The translations under genes and the position numbers were made by a program. From Monocercomonoides exilis PA203 (Eukaryota > Protista > Preaxostyla), in NCBI GenBank assembly GCA_001643675.2, contig LSRY02000068.1, positions 1 to 64,000 of the forward strand: a DNA stretch of 64,000 bases. The letters run 5' to 3'. Below are positions 14,501 through 25,700 of this stretch, piece by piece (position 1 is the stretch's first letter; each line of letters begins with the position of its first letter). The notes below the pieces were generated by a model, which searched no databases, had not been told where the DNA came from, and was given only the letters and a program-made list of their open reading frames with translations.

Positions 14501-17500
14501 AGGAGTGTACATTTTTTCAGAGTTATTCGGGAAACTTGATTTTGCCTTCATAAAATGTGACTTTGATGGAAATATCGCGTGGAGGGGAAAAGATGTTTTC
14601 GTAGAATGTCGGAATATTGAATCTCAAATAAACGAAACGCAATTCAAATTTGACATTCAAGATGGAAGATACAATCGAATAAATGCCATTTACGGAATTG
14701 ATGCAATCCACAACAACCCAACTGATTTGATGGATTTCATTACAATTTATCAGCAAAGCACTATTTTTGTCTCATCTGGGCAAGAAATGCGAGGCGAAGA
14801 TAGCAGACAATGCGAACCAGTCAAATTGCCTTGTAAAACAGTTTCATATGGAGTGGATCATGTTTATGGAGATTTGCTGAGAATGCTAATAATTGATGAA
14901 GAAAGTACGATCAGCAAGGAAATGGAATTGGAGAATCTGATACTTAAATCGCTGAATAAACAAAAAGCAACAATTCGTTTTGATGACCCCTTGGAAAAAT
15001 CACGAGATTATATCATTGATGCACTGAATGATGTGTTGATTGAGAGAATTTCGTTTTCGTTTTCTTCTTTTCAGCAGATCACTCAAGGCTCAGTGTTTCA
15101 TGCGAAAAACTGTTCTCTTGCAATGGCCATTTGCACTTTCACTTCATTTGATTGCTCATCGCCATCATCCGTCAACATTCTAATTTCTGTTGATTCAGCA
15201 GTTTGTTCATTTAGAGATGTGAATATTAATAATTTGGCATGCAAGTCAATTGCAACTGCAAGTGGTGGCTTTTTACTGTTGCAAGAAGTTAATTTGGATA
15301 ATGTTAAAAGTGAACAGAGTTGCATCATTGCAAAGGATACAGAATTAGATGTTACATCTTCAAATTTCGTTGGAGTGGATGTAACTTCTGACACATCTGC
15401 TATTGTATTGGTTATTTCAAGCAATGAGAAAATGCATATTGACAATTGTACGTTTGATAAAAGTTCGTCTCTTTCAAAAAAAGGAATTTCAGCCACTCTT
15501 ATGCATTCAACAAACGTAATAATGGATTCTTGCTTATTCTCAAATAACACGCAACGAGAAAAAAACGAAAATGAAAGCGTTCTGTTTGACGATGTTTGTG
15601 TTTGGAATGGATCAATGCTCCATTTAATTAATTGCTCAGCAATCGTCATGGACGCTTCCTTTTCCACTTGTGATGCCGGAGGATTGAGCGTAAATGGAGG
15701 TTGTGTCTCCTTGCAAGCTGTAAATTTCACGGATATCAGGAAGCAAATCAATAAGTATCCTTCCTCCAGAAGAAATATAATCTGTACCAATTCTGGGCTG
15801 TTGGATGTTGTCAGCCTGAAAGGCGGTGATGGATTGAAGGACAATACCTCTCTTTGGATCCTCAGCGACGGATGCGCTCTGTCTGGCCTGGCTGCTGAAA
15901 GGCCATCTCCGTTTTTCATGCCAACCCTCCAAGCGATCGACACAAACATAGAAGGCAATGAAGCTGTGCTGACCTTCACAGGAGCCCTGCTCCTCCCCTG
16001 CAATCTGTCCTTCCGCATCATCACAGCCATCGGCGATGTGGAGCTGATCGACAGGCACGATTTCCACGAAGACAGCTTTGTGTCTGAGAACAGCACAATC
16101 GCCAAAATACCAGCAGCTGTGATTTCAGATGCGCCAGACACTGCAGATGTGTACGGCTGCATTCTATTTGGGGATGCCATTAATCCATCTTCAACTGAGC
16201 TTGCTATTCTGAAGAACAAAACAGAATCGAAGACTGGAAATGATAATTTGGTTAAAGGAGGAAAAGAAGGAAAATCATCATGGGCTCTTATAATTGCAGT
16301 AATATTTGTTGTTCTGTTCTTGATTGTTCTTGTTGTTTCAATTATTGTCACCGTTCGATGGAGAAAACAAAAAAGACGAACAAAGGAGTTGGAGATAATT
16401 GTGGAAGATACAGTGAAGAAGGATCCGAAGGCGTTTGAGATGGTGACGATGGAGATGTCGCCTGAGGCGCAGTGGAGGAGGGCTGAGAGGGAGGCTGAGA
16501 AGAAGAATGAAGAGAGGATAAAGAAGAGGGCGTTTGAGAATAGCTTGGGACATTCAGAGTCATCTGAGCATCTTCTGTCCGAGAGTGGCTCCACAGAATA
16601 CATTTTTGGCCAAGACTCAGACAAGATTCCTGAATGGATGCTGGAGAAGGTGGATGAGAAAGAAGAGGAGGAGGAAGAGGCCAGAAAGCGAACACCATCA
16701 CCATCCATCTCATCCACTTCAACCACTTCAACGACTGATTCAGATTCCACTTTTGTTCGGGGAGAGGATCTGTGTCCGACAACCTCGTCGATGTCGAACT
16801 TGGTGGATGCAATGGCATGCTCATCACCTCATGAGAAGCTGATTGTGGACTTGAGGGATTCGCTGTTCATGCTGCTTCATGGAAGGAATAAGACAAAGGA
16901 GATGGCAATTGGAAGTCTTCAAGAAAGGGAGATGACAGCTGCCCAGATCCTGTTCTGGGTGGCTAATCTCGCGCTCCACTCATTTGATGAAATGGAAAAT
17001 GAATTATCTTCTTTGGCAAATCTGAGTCCTCATATCATTCTGTTCTCAGAGCACATGGTCATCTGTATCGCTCTTCACTCTGATTGCTCATCAGACTCAG
17101 ATACCTCTTCCATCTCTTCATCAACTGTTGTAACATCTGCCAGTGATGATGATGATGATGATTCCCTGCCCTCATCTGCCTTTGAGGATGAGGATGATTT
17201 CAAAAAAGAGTGCCTGAGGTGGAAGGCGCCTGAATTACTGATCAACAAGAAGATGATGGCAACAAAGGAAGCAGTTTCATTTTCGATTGGGATGATGCTG
17301 TGGGAGTGCTTGACACTTCAGATCCCATTTGGAGAATACGAAGCGGAAGTTGCCGGACAGAAGATTGTGAAAGGAGAAAGGCCTGATATGTCTTCCGTGG
17401 AGGAGGGAAATGAAGAAAAAACAATAAAGGCCTGTCTTTCCCACAATCCCTCTGGCAGACCAAGTCTGGTCAATCTTAAGAGGGGGTTCATATCTCACTT

Positions 17501-17669
17501 TCCAAAGGGAATGGCAATCTTGACTGTTGCAGATGCAATCGACTTCGAGCAAGACACGCAATACTATGCCAAATGCAGTTCAAGCGGAGTCAGCCATGCA
17601 AAAAGATCCGTTGACCATCACCAGATTGAGGATGATGAAAAATCACTTTTGACTCGCATGCATTTGTGA
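5542..17669 (+). CDS. Giant type-I membrane protein: repeated right-handed beta-helix (pectin-lyase/Pmp-like) modules, one TM helix, cytoplasmic pseudokinase
   Basis: The 11.9-kb open frame 5721-17669 starts at TTG. ATG 5542 begins a signal-peptide-like exon that joins in frame through intron 5751-5785 (GTTTCC...CTAACAG) or 5700-5746. Eight G.D...CG....PC motifs and many GGG/GGA-I/Y motifs. TM WALIIAVIFVVLFLIVLVVSIIVTV (~16281-16355) followed by RWRKQKRR. Kinase C-lobe motifs LRWKAPE, FSIGMMLWECLT..IPF, CLSHNPSGRPS. Confidence 0.9.
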
Positions 17670-18695
17670 AAGAAGACATTAGCATTACACAAGAATATGA
17701 AGAAAACATGCTAAGACGATTCTCAATCTTTACAATGGGGTTGGATCGATCGTTTTCTGAATATACAAAAACATGGAATGGATATAGCATAATTCCAAAA
17801 CAAAAAAAAAAAAAATGAAATGAAATGAAAAAGAAAAAAAAAGAAAGAAAGAAAATTTTTTAAATAAAATAAATAGCGGTTGTCCACAACGGAGACTCAA
17901 CCCAATGATCATCATTTTCATTTTGTCACTCCATCTTTAAACAAAATAAACACACGTGTAAATTCATGCAAAGAATTTGAAGTTGCTGTCTCAGAAACAT
18001 GAACAAAAAATAAAATAAAAACAAATCGCCTTTATCCAATTTGCAACTTGTTATCACCAAATCACAAGCACTTCGCAATAAAAAAACTTTCTCGTCATAA
18101 TTTGAAGAGAAAATTATCAATAGCGCTCTTTAGTATGTTTTTAGATTACATTCGGGATTTTAATGCACGCCATAAAATAATAAACCTCAATATTCATCTG
18201 TAGTCATGATATTCAAATTTTTCTATCTGCAAAAGTTTTATTATATATATGATCAACATTTTTGAAAGATTACAATTTTTGTGTAATGTTTAATAATAAT
18301 TCTCTTTATTTTCACTTTTGAGTTAAAGACAAATAAACACATTAACAACATGATAAAGCAATTCTGAACTATCCTTTCACACACTTTAGCTAAAGGTTTG
18401 CATTTGTGAGGGAAATTAACAAATTGAGTAAATAGTAGTTCTTATTTTCAAAACTACTCATCATATTAACATTTCTATAATGAGGGAAGTCTTAAGATTG
18501 CTCTGCAAGATATTATAAAACAAAACTTAACAATAAAAAACCAAAATCTTTTTTTCTTTATTTTTTCAATGAAATGCATGAAATGAGATTTATTAGTGAA
18601 AGAAACATGTTTTCAATATTGTTCATTAATATTTGTAAAAGAGATTTTTCATCTCAAAATATCTCAATTACAAACATGCTAAATTTTGGAGGCAT

Positions 18696-21600
18696 TCATT
18701 CTTGTTCGTCTTGTTTGATCTCTCTGACTATAAACACACCTTTCATTAACAACCGAAGGATAATCTCTTCTGTTCTTGAATTTCTATGAAATTTTTGTTT
18801 TTCAATTCTTTCAAAGTGGCGCTGCAAAAGTTTTGATTCAAATTCTTTATCTGCTCCGTCCGTTTTCATATCACTTGAATTAAGAGAATCATTTGAAATA
18901 TCTTTTTTGCTATCGTTTTCTTGATCGCAATTTTCATTGCTATTCCCACTTTTAATTTCATTTTTATGAGCCTCTTCGTTCTTATCTTCAACTTCATGAA
19001 AGTCTTCTTCTTCTTCTTCCTCTTCTTCTTCTTGGCCTTGTGCTGTCCTCATCATTGCTTCTTCTGTCTTCCGCGCTTGTCTCCGCTCAATTTTTCTCTT
19101 TTCAATCTCCGCCAATTCTTCATTTTTCTCCTCCTCCTCTTTTTTTTTCCATATTTTCTCTCTTTCGTTGAGTTCAAAGTCAATTTCATCTTCAAACTGG
19201 TCGTCCACATCTCCCTGCTCGGTTTGTTGCTCCTCTAATCCTTCGCAGCACGTAAGCTCCAATGTGTCCAAATTGGGAATCGGATGATTATTCAGAATCA
19301 TCAAAGATGTCTGAGTAATGTTAGTAGTCATAGATAAGTCCAGCTTTTGAATAGAGCAAATTGGACAAGTCAGATAGCCACGTGGGCTTTGGCCGGAAGG
19401 TGTTTTGGATGAAGACGGTGAAGCTATGCTTTGAGTTGAGAGAGATGAAGAAGCAGAGGCATCATGCAAAGCGGAAGTGTTGCTTGCAGTTGAAAGCCCA
19501 TTTGCACCTTCGCAAGGAGCAAGCCAATGTGTTGAAGAAGAAGCGAGTTCTGCGCATTCCTTTTTCTGAGGCTCTTCTTGTTGCGGCTCTTCTTCTTCTG
19601 TTTCTTCGTCCATTTCTATTGACATCTTTTGATTGCTCTGAGGATAATGCATCATCTTCCTTATTCCATCATCTGTTATATTTTCACAATTACTAAGAGA
19701 TAAAATTTGAAGAGTCGAAGGAAGTTCCTTTCCTGTTGTGCCATCTCTATGCCACAGGCATAAGCGATATAGCCATTTTATACCATCATCAGTTATATCG
19801 CAACAGTCACTAAGATTCAGCTCACAAATCCCGCAACTGCTGTTTCCTGGATTTATTGAAATTCCATTCGGTGCTGTATAAGGATATGTACCGAAAGGAG
19901 AACAGCAAAGACAAATCCATTCAATAGACTCATCTGTTATTGATGTGCACTGAGACAGATTAAGCACCTTCAGCTTTTGTGCTAATAAGGTAGGTTGAAT
20001 GAATTGCAGTGATGAATTGTCTTCAGTATCAGCTGTTGGAGATGCGGTGCTTGAACTCGATTTGTCTTTTTCTTCATCCTTATTTGAAAACGAACTTTTG
20101 TGGGAGCTTAGCATGTGGCGAATGCATTCATCGTCAATATCATCGACTCCAGATAATATCAGCTTCGATAATCCCATTTTGGAGATGATTTTTGAGCACT
20201 GATGCTTCTTTCTCAAATGATCGCACATTGATAAATCCAGCGAATCGAGATTAGGCGCAGCTTCGCTCAGCGACAAGAGAAAATCTGAAGTGATAACATC
20301 GTGGTGAACAATTGAGAAAGAGGTGAGATCAGAAAAATAATGAGATCTGCGAATTCCTTCTGAGAGTGGAGAAAGCTGATGAGCAAAATCCAAATTCAAG
20401 TTTTTAACAAGTGATTTTCTAGCCCTAACTAATTCTTTCTTTTCAGTTTTCTCTTCTTTATCGTCTGATGTTTCAGTGTCAGATCCTGATTCAACAAAGC
20501 ACATTTCATCGAGCTTTCGAATTTTTGACCACCCACCAATGTCCATTTGAATAAGATTACTCATTTGTTGAAATGCCGTAAGCGCAGAGTCTCTCATTCC
20601 TTTCCCGCTGTTTGTAAATTCAACAATTTTCAGAGATGGGAAAAGCTTCGGTAAATATGATAAAATTTCGGGTGTTAATATTGGAGTGTTCGTAAGATCA
20701 AGATGGACAAGTGACAAATAAGGGAAAATTGTTTTTGTAGATATTTTCTTTTCTGTGTCGGATTTGCTTTGAATGCTTGCTTCTGAACTGGCTGAACTTT
20801 CTTCTGACTCCTCAAGCAGTTCGTCATTTATCATCGATTTATTCGAACCATCTTCAGAAGGCTGCTTTTTTTTGCCAGTTGTAGTAAGAGTAAAGTCATT
20901 CAAATTTTCGCAGCCAACAAATGACAAATGCTCCAAGTGCGATAGAACTCCAAAAATTGCACTTATTCCTCCTTGAGGCAATGTCAATTCTGAACTTTCA
21001 AAGTGAAGGTGCTGAAGAGTGGATTGGTGTTGAATAAGCGATTCAGTAATAAATTCCTCAAAACCTTCATCAGAAAATGTGAAAGAATCACCAATAATTT
21101 TTAAGGATCTCAATGAAATTCCTTTCTGAGTATTTTCTCCTCCCTGCAATGATGCAGGAACTGTTTGCTTTTCCGTTGAAGAATTCGGATACCAGTAGCT
21201 TCCCTTTGAATTGTCCTTGTTATCAGCTTCACTGTATTCCGATGCCTCTTCCTCCTTCAATTCGTCGAATTGTTCCATTTCGATTCCTCCGCTTCCATTT
21301 AGAAAAGCAATCAAAGCACCTTCAGGATCTCCATTATCTTTTTCTTCTTCCTCTTCCTCCTCTTCCTCATTCCCTTCGAGAATTTCTTCTTCTTCAAATT
21401 TAAATGTTACGTTTTTCAAATTAGTGCATTTTTTTCCAAGTAGATAAAATGCTTGACAGTAATCATCAACGTCATCGCAATTTGAATTGCAAGAAATTTC
21501 CAGTGTTTCGATAACAGATTCCAAGTATCGTGATATTGTTGTTATAGTGTGATAAGAAAGAGAAGGAACGTTTATTGCCTTCAAAACAGTTAAAGTTCGA

Positions 21601-21872
21601 CAATTATTAAAGCATAGAGCCTTAAGAGCTTGATCAGTAATATAAGCAGAGCCATTCAAATTAACATGATGAATTGCATTCATGCATCTGCGTGATAAAG
21701 ATATTAAGGTGCTGTCATCCAAAATTCCAGCAGTTTCTTGCATGTCAAATGTTTTCCAATACTTTCGGATAATCATTTGCCACTTACGGCAAACAAACTG
21801 AAATCTATAAAATGATAAAATATTTCCATCACATAAAATTTTTGCAAGAACGCTTTCTGGTAGCGAATTCAT
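18696..21872 (-). CDS. F-box / cysteine-containing LRR protein (FBXL-like SCF substrate receptor) with acidic insertions and tail
   Basis: 1058-aa ORF. N-terminal F-box LPESVLAKIL...FQFVCRKW; LRR_CC repeats such as LKVLNLSQCTSITDESI, LNLSDCCDITDDGI and LQILSLSNCENITDDGI. Confidence 0.92.
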   Translation of the reverse strand: MNSLPESVLAKILCDGNILSFYRFQFVCRKWQMIIRKYWKTFDMQETAGILDDSTLISLSRRCMNAIHHVNLNGSAYITDQALKALCFNNCRTLTVLKAINVPSLSYHTITTISRYLESVIETLEISCNSNCDDVDDYCQAFYLLGKKCTNLKNVTFKFEEEEILEGNEEEEEEEEEKDNGDPEGALIAFLNGSGGIEMEQFDELKEEEASEYSEADNKDNSKGSYWYPNSSTEKQTVPASLQGGENTQKGISLRSLKIIGDSFTFSDEGFEEFITESLIQHQSTLQHLHFESSELTLPQGGISAIFGVLSHLEHLSFVGCENLNDFTLTTTGKKKQPSEDGSNKSMINDELLEESEESSASSEASIQSKSDTEKKISTKTIFPYLSLVHLDLTNTPILTPEILSYLPKLFPSLKIVEFTNSGKGMRDSALTAFQQMSNLIQMDIGGWSKIRKLDEMCFVESGSDTETSDDKEEKTEKKELVRARKSLVKNLNLDFAHQLSPLSEGIRRSHYFSDLTSFSIVHHDVITSDFLLSLSEAAPNLDSLDLSMCDHLRKKHQCSKIISKMGLSKLILSGVDDIDDECIRHMLSSHKSSFSNKDEEKDKSSSSTASPTADTEDNSSLQFIQPTLLAQKLKVLNLSQCTSITDESIEWICLCCSPFGTYPYTAPNGISINPGNSSCGICELNLSDCCDITDDGIKWLYRLCLWHRDGTTGKELPSTLQILSLSNCENITDDGIRKMMHYPQSNQKMSIEMDEETEEEEPQQEEPQKKECAELASSSTHWLAPCEGANGLSTASNTSALHDASASSSLSTQSIASPSSSKTPSGQSPRGYLTCPICSIQKLDLSMTTNITQTSLMILNNHPIPNLDTLELTCCEGLEEQQTEQGDVDDQFEDEIDFELNEREKIWKKKEEEEKNEELAEIEKRKIERRQARKTEEAMMRTAQGQEEEEEEEEEDFHEVEDKNEEAHKNEIKSGNSNENCDQENDSKKDISNDSLNSSDMKTDGADKEFESKLLQRHFERIEKQKFHRNSRTEEIILRLLMKGVFIVREIKQDEQE

Positions 21873-22713
21873 AATTGTTTTATTGATCTTAAATCATTTT
21901 CCCTGTAATTTTTTTTTCAAAACTGATAAAAACCAATAATGATAAAGAAATAAGTATTTGTTGTTGGATATTTGAATAAATAACTAATAAGCAGACGCAA
22001 CAAAATATTATTTATTTGTTTTTCCATTCCTTTGATATTAATGAAAAGTTTTGTTTAAACAAAAAACAAAATATTAAAGATAATCATATTGAATTCATTT
22101 TCAAAAAAATAATCTAATAAATGTCAGTAAACTATATTTGTTTTTCATAAAAAATACCGAACTTTTTCGTGTTGAATGAATAATAATTATCAAGATTTTT
22201 TTTGTTGAAACAGAAAGTTTTAAATGTCAATAAAAATTGTATCAGTTACTGCTTCTTTTTCCATAGCAATCACTATAATAAAAAGACGATATCATAAAAA
22301 CAATTATTTTTAATTGATTGATGATTGAAAAGTGTTAAAGTCGTTCAAAATGTGCAAAAAGTGTGAAATGAATGAAGTGTGATTCTGCACATCCCAAACG
22401 CTCACATTAACAAAATGAAAACAATTTTGTTTGTCGAATTTTTTGAGAATAAATAAATAAATAAATAAATAGAAGCAACATTCACCCTTTCACCAAAGAT
22501 GAATGTGTATATAAGCGGTAAAATGCGTGAATGAAAATCTCACTGGCACACATGCATTTCATAAATATTTTCTTAAGCGCAGAATGAGCATTTTAAGATC
22601 AACAACTTCATTTACAAAGAAAACATTAACCCCAGTCATCTATTTATTCACATGTGATTTTGTTGCAATATACATAAAAATTTTGATTCCTTTTAATTTT
22701 TCTGTGAGAATTA

Positions 22714-25700
22714 TTACCTGTGAGCATTTCTTCTTCTTGCACTTCTCCTTCTCCGACTTGTTGATCTTCTATGATTATTATCTTCTTCACTATCAGACTC
22801 AACATCGTCTTCGTCGTCATCATCATCATCGCCATTTCCCTGAAGTTCTTCCAAACTGTATCCAGGAAACAGTTCTTCAAGATCAATATCAGAGTCGTCA
22901 CTTTCTTCTCCCTCGTCTTCCTCATCGCTGTCCATTTCACTTTGTTGCTCACTGGAAACATCTGATTCCATTCCGTCCTCTGACTCAGATTGTGAATGCT
23001 CCATTTCATCTTGACCGTGGTTCTGTCCTTCAGCTTCTGTCAACGTAGAAGCATTTTCATTCCCAGCCCTTTCGCTTCCTTCACCTTCATTTCTCTCATC
23101 TTCGTGATGAGCTCTGTCATCTTCACTGAGATTTGTGTCTTCAGCATCTGATCCGCTGCTTTCACTTTCGTCAGATGGTTCTCCAGCTGATTCATCTTCT
23201 CCATTTTCTTCGTTTCCTTCGCTGCTTTCATCATCTTCTTCTCCATCATCATTATCGTCGTCATCATCATCATCATCATCATCATCGATTTCGTCTTCTT
23301 CATCTCCTTCTTCGTCTTCCTCTTCGCTTTCAGAATTTTCAGATACATCTCCGACAAGTTCAGCTGCTAATTCTCTCAAGCTCTCATCATCAAAATCATC
23401 AACTGCAATGTCATCATCATCTCCGCCAACCAAATCTTCGTCTTCTTCTTCCTCTTCCTCTTCCTCCTCCTCCTCTTCTTCTTCTTCTCCATCGAGCATC
23501 TCTTCCTCTTCGGCATCTTCTTCTCTTTCCCTCTCTTCTTCAGCATCAACATCACCGCCTTCAATACCAATTCCATTTCTCATTCCATCTCTCTCTCCTG
23601 CCCCAGTCAAATTAAACAAATTCAGCAGGCTGCTGCTTTGTGCATCTTCATCGTCTCCTTCTCCATTCCCGTTTGATGTTTGTCTATGCTCATTTCTTCC
23701 TTCCATATTCCCTTCTTCCTCTTCATTAAGTGATGTACTATTTGCGTGCATCAAATTCGTTCCGACAGTTTTGCGTTTTGTAATATCTCCTTTTCCGCAT
23801 CTGTAAATTGCACAAGCTTTCTTCTTCACTGGATAATCTAATCCGCTTCCATCTTCGTTGTTTTCAGGCATCACAATAACGTTCTGAATGATTCCGATCC
23901 GCGTCTCCGTGTCGTCCATCCCCAAGTCAGTTATCCGCTCTCCCACGTCTTTCTCTCCAATTACTTCAAATCTCTCTGCATCCACCACAGAAAACGAACT
24001 TCTTTCCTCTCCTCGCTTTGCTGTGCAGACAAGCACATCACCAGAATTGCCGAATCCAGCTTCCTTCTGATGGAGAAATGGAACAAAGTCAAGCAGACGT
24101 GAAGGATAACGCGAGTCGTAAACTTCTCCATCGATCAGGATGTAGTTGCCATTGGGGTGGAACAGTGAGGCTACGTTCTGCTTTGCTCGCTGCCGATGAG
24201 CTGTGGCTGAGGACGGGACAGAAAGAAGAGATGCAAAGTGAGAATAAGATGTTGGCATCACAGAAGAATATGGAGAGGCAAGAGCTGAAAGAGTGGAGTT
24301 GTATGCAGATAGAGTTTGTGCGCAAAGTGAATCAAAGGAATGAACAAGCGTCTGTGTCCTCACATCCCACAGCTGAGCACCTGTTAGCAGAGAAGTTCCA
24401 TCAGGAGACAGTGTTGACGAAAGATGTGAGCGAAGCCAGGAAATACGATCAGGCGAAGCGGATGATGAAACCTCCAATTCAATCTCGCTCTTTCGAGAGA
24501 AGTCGTCGTTGTTGGGAGTGAGGTCAAAGAGATGCCGAATGGCTGGCTGTGTGGGAATGCGAGTCAGTGGGTAATACGATGATGCACCAGACAGCGTCGA
24601 ATAAAGAGAAAATGAAGAGGAAGCCATCGAAAATGGTGGAGATGGCTGCGCTTGCGGAGTCAGATTTCTGATTAGTGTCTGTGGATACGATAACACAGTC
24701 TTTGGTGGTCCGCCTTCTTCGTCCTGTTGTTGAGTAACTGTCATCTGGCAATGATTTGTCTCCACATCCACAATGCAGATCTCCTGAGCATCTGGATAAA
24801 GAAGTACAACTTGGTCTCCAGATGATGAAAATGTGGTGCACACTGCATCGTCCCTCCATTCGATCAGAGCTGGAGAAAGGCTGTGCTGAGAGAATGAAGA
24901 AGAAAGAGTGGCTCTTGATGCAAATGATGATGAAGACAAGGAAGAAGCTGATGAAGTTGAAGATGCTATTTGAGAAGCAGCATCATTTATTGGGCTGAAT
25001 GACGGCTGGAGAAGAGAATCACTTGTTGATACAAGTATAGAACGTGTTGTTAGCGACACAGCCAGCAAAGGAAGACGTGGATGATTAATCAACATGTCAA
25101 TCGCTTCCACATCCAGCCCTTCGATATCAGCACGTGTGCCATAGTTCCTCTGGGAGACAAGCTGAGGGCGATATGCAATGGCTGTGAACTCCTCAGACGA
25201 TAAAGTGTTGTTTACGAGTGTGTACTGCAGAAGATCTCCCGTGTCTGTGCCGATCACCAAAGTTCCATCTGCCGAAAAGCAGAGCGTGCGGAAGACAAGA
25301 TATGGATGTGTGATGGTGGAACAGCGCGTGAATGAGGAGAATTGCATCGCTCGCTGACTGCGCTTTTCATCGTGGTATGTGTATTGTGGATGCGACGTTC
25401 CTCGCATGTTGTTAATAAGGAAGTTGATTCTGTTTGGCCTTTTTTGAGGATCAGGAAAAGAAGAAGCAGAATCTTGTGAAGTTGAAGAAAAATTGTTTGC
25501 GACTAGAGATTGTTTGATAGGCTGGATGAATGATTCAGAACTTGATAGAAGTGTGTGAGTGGGTGTCAAAATATTTGAATTAATTGGGGAAATTGTTGGA
25601 ACCGCAAATGAATTCCGTTTTGTTCGAAGAGAACTGCTTTTGTTCGGTAGAAGCAGAAGAGGAGAAGGCAGTTCTTTAACATAGAAGCTGCGCTTGTGGT

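Noticed and set aside
15098-16750. 550-aa antisense ORF
   Set aside because: Lies wholly opposite the receptor CDS in codon register, largely within a GC-richer stretch; no motif of its own.
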